Of a stretch of DNA of 64,000 nt, positions 57,209 to 64,000 are shown one piece after another. The position numbers and the translations under genes were made by a program. Origin of the DNA: an uncultured Clostridia bacterium (GTDB taxonomy: Bacteria > Bacillota > Clostridia > Christensenellales > Aristaeellaceae); NCBI GenBank assembly GCA_934647305.1, contig CAKUFI010000003.1, positions 7,915 through 71,914 on the forward strand, written 5' to 3'. Within the stretch, counting starts at the first letter, position 1, and every line of letters starts with the position of its first letter. The notes beneath the pieces are model-generated. The model did not search any database, was not told the DNA's origin, and was given only the letters and a program-made list of their open reading frames with translations.

Positions 57209-57565
57209 TTACAGCAGCTGATCCTTCAGCGCCACGATCGCGGCGGCGGCGGAGCAGGCCTCACAGTCGCAGTACTTCGCGCCCGCGGCCTTGAGCTCCT
57301 TCGCGTGGGCGAGCATGGCCTTCGCGGCCTCTTCGCCCAGGTGCGCCTTCGCCGCGTCGGAGCCCGCAAAGGCGAGCAGGCCGTCGATCGGCTCGATATC
57401 CTCCTCCAGCTCGGCGAGGTACTTTTTCGTCTCCTCAGTCTCCCTCTCGGTGCCGAGCACCTCCAGCCAGGCGTTCGCGGCCGCGCGTGCCTCGGCGCAG
57501 CAGTAAGGCACATTCAGCAGTTCCTTCGTCTTCGCGACGGCCAGGTCAAGCGCTTCCTTCTTCAT
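57209..57565 (-). CDS. Hypothetical small Cys-containing protein (118 aa; CC...CDCEAC)
   Basis: AAAGGAGG SD. No recognised family. Confidence 0.45.
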   Translation of the reverse strand: MKKEALDLAVAKTKELLNVPYCCAEARAAANAWLEVLGTERETEETKKYLAELEEDIEPIDGLLAFAGSDAAKAHLGEEAAKAMLAHAKELKAAGAKYCDCEACSAAAAIVALKDQLL

Positions 57566-57656
57566 GGGTTGATTCCTCCTTTAAGTTCGCGTTTCGGTAC
57601 CTTCATTATATACCCTCCGCGCGGAAGAATCAAGCGCTTTGGCGCGATTCAGGCGC

Positions 57657-57685
57657 TTGACCCGACCGCCCGCAGCGTGTATAAT
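57657..57685 (+). promoter_or_regulatory. Promoter TTGACC-17-TATAAT followed by ATGATAGGATCGGTATGAATCGG leader motif, upstream of tdk
   Basis: Shares the ATAATATGATAGGAT block with the DUF512 promoter at 21943-21960. Confidence 0.5.
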
Positions 57686-57724
57686 ATGATAGGATCGGTA
57701 TGAATCGGAAAGGCGGAACAAGGC

Positions 57725-58300
57725 GTGGCAAAGCTATACTTTCGATACGGAGCGATGGGTTCGAGCAAGACGGCGAACGCCATCATGGTGCAGTACAACT
57801 ATCACGAGCGTGGGCAGAAGGCGCTCATGCTCAAGCCCAGGCTCGAAACCCGTGACGGTGAGAAGACCGTCCGCTCGCGCAGCGGCCTGAGTGCGCCCTG
57901 CGAGTACGTCGAGGATCTGGATACAATCGACGTGTCCGCCTACGACTGCCTGATCGTAGACGAGGCGCAGTTCCTGACCAAATCGCAGGTCGAGCGGCTG
58001 GTGCGCGTCGTGGACGAGCAGAACGTCCCGGTCATCGCCTACGGCCTGCGCGCCGACTTCCGCGGCAACCTGTTCGAGGGCAGCATGTGGCTGCTCGCCT
58101 GGGCGGACGCCATCGAGGAAATCAAAACCGTCTGCTGGTGCGGCCGCAAGGCTACCTGCAACGCCCGCATACACGACGGCCGCGTCGTCAAGGACGGCCA
58201 GCAGATCCTGCTCGGCGGCAACGAAAGCTACGTCAGTCTCTGCCGCAAACACTGGCGCGAGGGGAACGTTGGGGAAACGATCGAGAGGCGGCCTTTCTGA
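57725..58300 (+). CDS. tdk: Thymidine kinase; last ~12 codons encoded by a family B repeat
   Basis: GTG start giving MAKLYFRYGAMGSSKT (P-loop), matching E. coli MAQLYFYYSAMNAGKS. Zn ribbon CWCG...C...C near the C-terminus. Confidence 0.9.
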   Translation: MAKLYFRYGAMGSSKTANAIMVQYNYHERGQKALMLKPRLETRDGEKTVRSRSGLSAPCEYVEDLDTIDVSAYDCLIVDEAQFLTKSQVERLVRVVDEQNVPVIAYGLRADFRGNLFEGSMWLLAWADAIEEIKTVCWCGRKATCNARIHDGRVVKDGQQILLGGNESYVSLCRKHWREGNVGETIERRPF

Positions 58301-58870
58301 GAAAGGCCCCTCAGACTGTCAAAAAACCCCGGAGAGCTCGAGAGGGCCGCAGCCCTTTCGAACTTTCAATCGTGCCCAGCGGCGTGTACGGTGGGCACGG
58401 GGCGATTTTTGCGCCGGAAAATCCCATTTTCCAGAGAAAAAATCGTTTCCTTGCAGTCTCCGCGCCCGAAAAATCTTTGATTTTTAGCGGAGACTGGTGA
58501 GGGTGGCAGTGGCGGGGGAGCTTGCTTCCCCGTCCACCAGCTTGTCAAAACCTTTTTTGACAAGCTGAGGCGGCCTTTCTGAGAAAGGCCCCTCTCGAGC
58601 TCTCCCGGAAAGCACTTTGATCCGCAAAACTGATTAGTCGGACAGACGTGATACCCCGAATGCGGCGCAGGAGGGGGAGAACGCTCCTTCGCGGGAGCAC
58701 GGCGCTGAGCCTCTCCTGAAAGGGGAGGTGCCCGCTATGCGGGCGGAGGGGTTCCGGGCGGCAGCCAAACCCCACCCGGAAAGCACTTTGATCCGCGCAA
58801 ACTGATTCGGCAGACAGACGCGGCACCCCGAATGCGGCGCGGGAAAGAAACGTTGAAGCGGCGAACAGTC
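58262..58870. repeat. Mosaic repeat island: family B hairpins (58275-58314, 58570-58610) flanking an inverted copy of the ~260-bp family E element (58310-58570), then family B/CCCCGAATGCGGCG tails
   Basis: 58310-58570 is the reverse complement (near-identical) of 18955-19215. Confidence 0.8.
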
Positions 58871-58919
58871 TGTGCCCGATACGCAGGGCGCGGCGACATA
58901 ATAAATGGAGGAACGAATC

Positions 58920-60902
58920 GTGGCGAAGGGATTTTTGCCGGTTACGGCGCAGGAAATGCGTGATTTGGGCTGGGAGCAGCCGGATTTTGTGTTCGTCACC
59001 GGCGACGCATACGTAGATCATCCCTCGTTCGGCCTGGCCATCATCTCGCGGGTGCTGGAGCACGCCGGGTACAGGGTGGCCATGCTGCCCCAACCGGAGT
59101 ACCACTCCTGCGAGGAGTTCAAGCGCTTCGGCCGGCCGAGGCTGGGCTTTCTGGTGATGGCGGGCGTGATCGACAGCATGGTCAATCACTACACCGTGGC
59201 CAAAAAGCGCCGCTCGGAGGACGTGTATTCGCCCGGCGGCGTGGGCGGCAGGCGGCCCGACCGCGCCACGATCGTCTACTGCAACCGCATCCGGGAGGTC
59301 TATGGCAGCGTGCCGATACTCATCGGCGGGGTCGAGGCCTCGCTGCGCCGTTTCGCGCACTACGACTACTGGGACGACCGGGTGCGCAACTCGATCCTGG
59401 TGGACAGCGGCGCCGACCTGCTGATCTACGGCATGGGTGAGAACACGATTCAGACGGCGGCCAAATGGCTGGAGACCGGCCTGCCTTTCAGTCAATCGCG
59501 CATTCCGGGCACCTGCATCCTGTGCAAAGAGCCGCTGGCGGACTACCTGCTCATCGAGTCGATGGAGGAGGTCGCGCATGACAAGGAAGCCTACGCCCGC
59601 GCCTTCAAGACGCAATACGACGAGCAGGATCCGATTCGCGGCCGGGGCATCTGCCAGAAGCACGGCAGGAGCTACCTGGTCGCGCACAAGCCCTGCATGC
59701 CGCTGACGCAGGAGCAGCTGGACGAGACTTATGCCCTGCCCTACATGCGCACCTGGCATCCGATGTACGACGCGGCGGGCGGCATTCCGGCGCTTCAGGA
59801 GGTCGAGTTCTCGATCGCGCACAACCGCGGCTGCTTCGGCTCGTGCTCGTTCTGCGCGCTGACCTTTCATCAGGGGCGCATTGTGACCTCGCGCAGTCAC
59901 GAATCGGTGCTCGCCGAGGCCAAACTGCTGACCAGGCGGCCCCGCTTCAAGGGCTACATACACGATGTGGGCGGCCCGACCGCCAACTTCCGCCGCCCGG
60001 CCTGCAAGGGTCAGCTGACGCGCGGCGCGTGCAAGGGCAAGCAGTGCCTGTTCCCTCAGCCCTGCAAAAACCTGGACGCGGATCACGAGGACTACATCAA
60101 ACTCCTGAGCGAGGTGCGCTCGCTGCCCGGCGTGAAGAAGGTATTCGTGCGCAGCGGCGTGCGGTTCGACTATGTGCTGGCCGACAAGGCACAGAAGTTC
60201 CTGCCCGAGCTGGTCAGGCATCACGTCTCCGGTCAGCTCAAGGTCGCGCCGGAGCACGTGTCCCCCCGCGTGCTGCGCTACATGGGCAAGCCCGAGGTGT
60301 CGGTCTATGAGGAATTCGTGCGCCGCTACAACGCGGAGAACGAAAAGGCGGGGCTCAAGCAGTTCCTCGTACCCTACTATATGTCCTCGCATCCCGGCTG
60401 CACACTCAAGGACGCGATCGAGCTGGCGCTGTTCATCAAGCGGAGCGGACACCGCCCCGAGCAGGTGCAGGACTTCTACCCCACCCCCGGCACGCTGTCC
60501 ACCGCCATGTTTTACACCGGCCTCGACCCGCGCGACATGAAGCCGGTTTACGTGCCCAGGGATCCCCACGAGAAGGCCATGCAGCGCGCGCTCATGCAGT
60601 ACTTCATTCCCGCCAACCGGCCGCTCGTGCTCGAGGCGCTCCGCCGCGCAGGCCGCACTGACCTGATCGGACACGGCCCCGACTGTCTGGTCTGGGACGA
60701 TCACCGCAGGGGGAACGTTGGGGAGACGGCTTTTCTGAGAAAAGCCTCTCCCCAAGCCCCTCACGAAAAGCGCCATGATCCGCGCAAACAAGCTCGGTAC
60801 ACAGATGAAGCTCCCCGAATGCGGCGTGGAGGGAACGTCGAGGAAACGGCGAAAAAAGCCTCTCCCGGAAAGTACTCTGATCCGCGCAGGAAACGCAAAT
60901 AA
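58920..60902 (+). CDS. YgiQ-family (UPF0313) radical SAM protein; 3' ~200 nt of the ORF runs through repeat DNA, true C-terminus uncertain
   Basis: FLPVTAQEMRDLGWEQPDFVFVTGDAYVDHPSFG matches the conserved YgiQ N-terminus. CxxxCxxC cluster motif CFGSCSFC. GTG start with GGAGG SD (the track uses an upstream ATG lacking an SD). Confidence 0.75.
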   Translation: MAKGFLPVTAQEMRDLGWEQPDFVFVTGDAYVDHPSFGLAIISRVLEHAGYRVAMLPQPEYHSCEEFKRFGRPRLGFLVMAGVIDSMVNHYTVAKKRRSEDVYSPGGVGGRRPDRATIVYCNRIREVYGSVPILIGGVEASLRRFAHYDYWDDRVRNSILVDSGADLLIYGMGENTIQTAAKWLETGLPFSQSRIPGTCILCKEPLADYLLIESMEEVAHDKEAYARAFKTQYDEQDPIRGRGICQKHGRSYLVAHKPCMPLTQEQLDETYALPYMRTWHPMYDAAGGIPALQEVEFSIAHNRGCFGSCSFCALTFHQGRIVTSRSHESVLAEAKLLTRRPRFKGYIHDVGGPTANFRRPACKGQLTRGACKGKQCLFPQPCKNLDADHEDYIKLLSEVRSLPGVKKVFVRSGVRFDYVLADKAQKFLPELVRHHVSGQLKVAPEHVSPRVLRYMGKPEVSVYEEFVRRYNAENEKAGLKQFLVPYYMSSHPGCTLKDAIELALFIKRSGHRPEQVQDFYPTPGTLSTAMFYTGLDPRDMKPVYVPRDPHEKAMQRALMQYFIPANRPLVLEALRRAGRTDLIGHGPDCLVWDDHRRGNVGETAFLRKASPQAPHEKRHDPRKQARYTDEAPRMRRGGNVEETAKKASPGKYSDPRRKRK

Positions 60903-61085
60903 CAGGCGCAATCCTCCGAATGCGGCGTTGGAGGGAAACGGAGAACGACGAAGGCCCCTCACGAAAAGCGCCATGATCCGCGCAAACAAGCTCGGTACAC
61001 AGATGAAGCTCCCCGAATGCGGCGCGGGAAGGGAAACGGCGGGAAGCACAAATGACAAACGCGGCACTCCGAACGCGGCGCGAAA
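60705..61085. repeat. Repeat island of family B/CCCCGAATGCGGCG units including a perfect 71-bp direct repeat (60757-60827 = 60954-61024)
   Basis: Direct comparison. Track ORFs 60604..61101(-) and 60775..61215(+) are artefacts of the repeats. Confidence 0.75.
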
Positions 61086-61168
61086 CGGAGACCGACGGCA
61101 AAACGCTTGCAGCGCGCCGCGTTTTGGGGTATTATATAGGTTGAAAAGGCATCGACAAGGAGAGCAGC

Positions 61169-61450
61169 ATGGAAAAGAAGCGAGTCACCATCCGGGTTGC
61201 CGGAAAGGATTATAATATGACCAGCAGCGATTCGGAGGCGTATGTGCGCCGGGTCGCCGCGTATGTGGATCGCAAGATCGGCGAGCTGACGCTGGCCACG
61301 CGCCTGCCGGCCGCGGACGCGGCGGTGCTCACGGCGATTACGCTGGCCGATGACGCCTTCAAGGCGCAGGACGAGAACACCCGTCTGCGCCGTGAGCTGG
61401 ATCAGGCGCGGCTGGAGATCGACCGCCTGAGCGGGGAGAGCGACCGATGA
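61169..61450 (+). CDS. zapA: Cell division protein ZapA
   Basis: 93 aa, RVTIRVAGKDYNMTSSDSEAYVRRVAAYVD... then coiled coil. TTGCAG-17-TATTAT promoter at 61105-61133. AAGGAG SD. Confidence 0.75.
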   Translation: MEKKRVTIRVAGKDYNMTSSDSEAYVRRVAAYVDRKIGELTLATRLPAADAAVLTAITLADDAFKAQDENTRLRRELDQARLEIDRLSGESDR

Positions 61451-63804
61451 GCATCGAGCTGCTGGCCCCCGCGGGCGAAAAAGAGGCGTTTCTGGCGGCG
61501 GTCAAGGCCGGGGCGAACGCGGTATACCTGGGCGCGACGGCGCTCAACGCGCGCGCTGGGGCGGGCAATTTCGACCGGGAGGCGCTTGTCTGGGCGGCCG
61601 AATACGCCCACGAACGGGACGTGCGCATTCACGTGACCGTCAACACGATGGTCAAGGAAGGTGAAATGGGCCTGGTGGACGACGTGGCCGAACAGCTGGC
61701 GCTTTGCGGCGTGGACGCGGCGATCGTGCAGGACCTGGGCGTGGCGGCGCGGCTTCACAGGCTGCTGCCCTCGCTGAGCCTGCACGCCAGCACGCAGATG
61801 GCCATACACAACGCCCAGGGCGCGCAGTTCGCGCTGGACGCGGGCTTTTCGCGCGCGGTGCTGGCGCGGGAGATGAACCTGGAGGAAATCGCCGAGTGCG
61901 CAGACACGGGCATCGAGGTCGAGGTCTTCGGCCACGGCGCGCTGTGCGTGAGCTGCTCGGGGCAGTGCCTGTTTTCCAGCCTCGTGGGCGGCCGCAGCGG
62001 CAACCGGGGTCAGTGCGCCCAGCCCTGCCGCCTGCCCTACCGGCTGGAGGGGGCGGTGCGCGCGCAGGGCTACCTGCTGTCCACGAAGGATCTGATGACG
62101 CTGGACTCGCTCGTGCAGCTGCGCGAGGCGGGCGTGGCGTCGCTCAAGCTGGAGGGGCGGCTCAAGCGGCCGGAGTACGTCTACGCGGTCACCTCGGCCT
62201 ATCGCCGGGCGCTCGACCTGCTGGACGCGTACGACGACTATGCCCCCGACGAGGAGACCCGCGAGGAGCTGATGCAGGTATTCAACCGCGGCGGCTTCAC
62301 GCGCGGCTACGGGCCGGGGCTGATCGACCGGGAGCTGATGAGCCGGGAGCGCCCGAATCATCAGGGCGTGCCGGTGGGGCAGCTCACCGCGCCGGGCAGG
62401 CTGGCGCTGACGCAGGATCTTCTGCCCGAGGACGCGCTGATCCTGCGCGCGAAGAAGGCGGACGAAGACGTGCCCCTGCGCGGGGTGTCCGGCCGGGCGG
62501 GTGAAACCGTCCGCGCCCGGGTGCCTGCCGCCGCGCGCCCGATCATGCCGCTGTACCGGCTGACCAGTCAGGAGCAGATGGAGCGCATCCGCGAGGCCTT
62601 GAACGACGAGCCGCAGACCGTGCTGCTGAGCGGCTTCTTCCGCGCGCAGGTGGGCGAAAAGGCGTGCCTGCAGCTCACCGACGGCGAACGCGCGGTCCGG
62701 GTCGAGTCGCCTGAGCCGCTCGCGGCCGCAAAGAAGCCGGGAGATCCCGAGCGCGCCCGCACGCAGCTTCAAAAGACCGGCGGCACGCCCTATCAGCTGA
62801 TCGACCTGTCGCTTTCGGTCGATCCGGACGCGTTTTTGCCCGCCTCGCTGCTCAACGAGCTGCGGCGCGACGCGCTGAGGCGGCTTTCCCAGGCGCGCGT
62901 TGCGGCGCTGAGGGGCTGCAGAAGGTCGCTTTCCCCCGCGCTCCCGCCCGAGCTGCTCGAGCCGCCCGCCCCGAAGGCGCCCCTTTTGCGCGTCGAAGGC
63001 TCCGACTGGGCGCTGCTGAACGGCCTTCACGGCGCGGACGAGCTGATCTTCCGGCCGGAGGATCTGAGCGCGGAGGGCCTTGATCAGGTCGCGCCCGACC
63101 GGCCGTTTGCGCTGGCGCTGCCCATGACCTGCTCGGCCGAGGCGCTGGACAGGCTGTGCGACTGGGCGCAGGCGAACCAGGCCAACCTGACCGCCGTGTA
63201 CATCGCCAACCCCGGCCAGCTGGTCGTGCCCTTCCCGGGAACGCGGCGCGCCGATTTCTCGCTGAACCTTGCCAACCGGGAGGCGCTGGCCTTCCTGGCC
63301 GGACAGGGAATAACGGAGTATACCCCCTCGGTCGAGCTGACCGCGCAGGAGCTGCGCCAGATGGACGCGGCGGGCGGCCACCGCGAGCTGATCGTGTACG
63401 GCAGGCTGCCGCTTATGCAGCTGCGCCACTGCCCCATCCGCGCCGCGCTGGACGGCCCGCACGCCTCCTGCCGCCGCTGCGACGGCCTGAGCGAGGACAA
63501 GCGGCTCAACGCGCATGTGCTGATCGACCGCAAAAACGTGACCTTCCCCCTGCGCCGCGTCAGGAGCGACGAAGGGTGCCTGGTGCGGGTGCTCAACAGC
63601 GCGCCGCTCTTCCTGCTGCGCCACGCAGGCAGGCTGCCCGAAAGTGCGGCCTGGCGGCTGATGCTGACCGACGAGACCGCCGAGGAGGCACAGTCCGTCC
63701 TGCGCCTGCACCGCCTGGCCATCGAGGGCGGCGACGTGCGCGCTGCCTCCGACTGGCCCGCCTGGGACGCGAAAAACACCACGACCGGATACTATTTCAG
63801 GTAG
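61447..63804 (+). CDS. Peptidase U32 family protein (collagenase-like, two-domain fused form)
   Basis: N-terminal MSIELLAPAGEKEAFLAAVKAGANAVYLG and U32 signature E-x-F-x-x-G-x-[SA]-[LIVM]-C-x-x-x-x-G-x-C here EVFGHGALCVSCSGQC. ATGA overlap with zapA. Confidence 0.85.
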   Translation: MSIELLAPAGEKEAFLAAVKAGANAVYLGATALNARAGAGNFDREALVWAAEYAHERDVRIHVTVNTMVKEGEMGLVDDVAEQLALCGVDAAIVQDLGVAARLHRLLPSLSLHASTQMAIHNAQGAQFALDAGFSRAVLAREMNLEEIAECADTGIEVEVFGHGALCVSCSGQCLFSSLVGGRSGNRGQCAQPCRLPYRLEGAVRAQGYLLSTKDLMTLDSLVQLREAGVASLKLEGRLKRPEYVYAVTSAYRRALDLLDAYDDYAPDEETREELMQVFNRGGFTRGYGPGLIDRELMSRERPNHQGVPVGQLTAPGRLALTQDLLPEDALILRAKKADEDVPLRGVSGRAGETVRARVPAAARPIMPLYRLTSQEQMERIREALNDEPQTVLLSGFFRAQVGEKACLQLTDGERAVRVESPEPLAAAKKPGDPERARTQLQKTGGTPYQLIDLSLSVDPDAFLPASLLNELRRDALRRLSQARVAALRGCRRSLSPALPPELLEPPAPKAPLLRVEGSDWALLNGLHGADELIFRPEDLSAEGLDQVAPDRPFALALPMTCSAEALDRLCDWAQANQANLTAVYIANPGQLVVPFPGTRRADFSLNLANREALAFLAGQGITEYTPSVELTAQELRQMDAAGGHRELIVYGRLPLMQLRHCPIRAALDGPHASCRRCDGLSEDKRLNAHVLIDRKNVTFPLRRVRSDEGCLVRVLNSAPLFLLRHAGRLPESAAWRLMLTDETAEEAQSVLRLHRLAIEGGDVRAASDWPAWDAKNTTTGYYFR

Positions 63805-63880
63805 CGGGAACCTTCCGCGCCTTTTCTGACACACACCGAACGCAATCCTTCATGCAGGGAGATGATATGTATGCAGGAAC

Positions 63881-64000
63881 GAACCCTGCGAGTACTGGAA
63901 TTCACGAAAATCCGCGAGATGCTCAGCGCGCTGGCGCTGACCGACCTGGGCAAAGAGCGCATCGCGTCGCTCACGCCCGCCTCGGACGAGCGCACGGTCA
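63881..64000 (+). CDS. mutS2: Endonuclease MutS2, N-terminal 40 aa (continues beyond window)
   Basis: MQERTLRVLEFTKIREMLSALALTDLGKERIASLTPASDERTV resembles the B. subtilis MutS2 N-terminus. Conserved zapA-U32-mutS2 order. Confidence 0.7.

Noticed and set aside
58545-61067. 840-aa minus-strand ORF
   Set aside because: Antisense to the ygiQ-like gene and running through repeat islands.

Overview
High-GC (~64%) Firmicutes/Clostridia-type chromosomal window, inferred from gene content (sigG, spoIID-like, der-plsY, aspS, htpG, recG, tdk, ygiQ, zapA-U32-mutS2). It holds housekeeping genes interleaved with three LplABC-type carbohydrate ABC-transporter loci and a hemicellulose/xylan-type glycoside-hydrolase set (GH10, GH5, a clan GH-A GH39/GH5-like enzyme, two DUF6259-like paralogs, membrane-anchored AraC regulators). 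It also holds a cell-wall remodelling operon: an NlpC/P60 protein with about 12 peptidoglycan-binding repeats, plus a SpoIID/LytB protein with SH3b repeats. No CRISPR array, restriction-modification system, toxin-antitoxin pair or tRNA/rRNA gene was recognised. Two things stand out. (1) The left edge carries a sporulation sigma-G gene that is nearly identical to B. subtilis SigG from region 2.4 to the C-terminus but lacks its 5' third. Homology starts abruptly at about nt 1514-1526. Upstream are unrelated sequence, a small proline-rich ORF and a divergently transcribed acidic low-complexity protein gene with a strong sigma-A promoter. This looks like a split or interrupted sigG (intervening-element-like) or a pseudogene. 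(2) About 7% of the window is a nested, mosaic system of intergenic hairpin repeats in at least five families (A-E). The families show compensatory stem changes between copies, perfect tandem arrays (3x120 bp, 3x33 bp) and a ~290-bp MITE-like unit with terminal inverted repeats that also occurs in inverted orientation 39 kb away. Several elements sit immediately 3' of stop codons or are read through by CDS 3' ends (tdk, ygiQ-like, a DMT transporter, an N6-adenine methyltransferase). Many long ORFs in the six-frame track are GC-rich antisense artefacts and were rejected.
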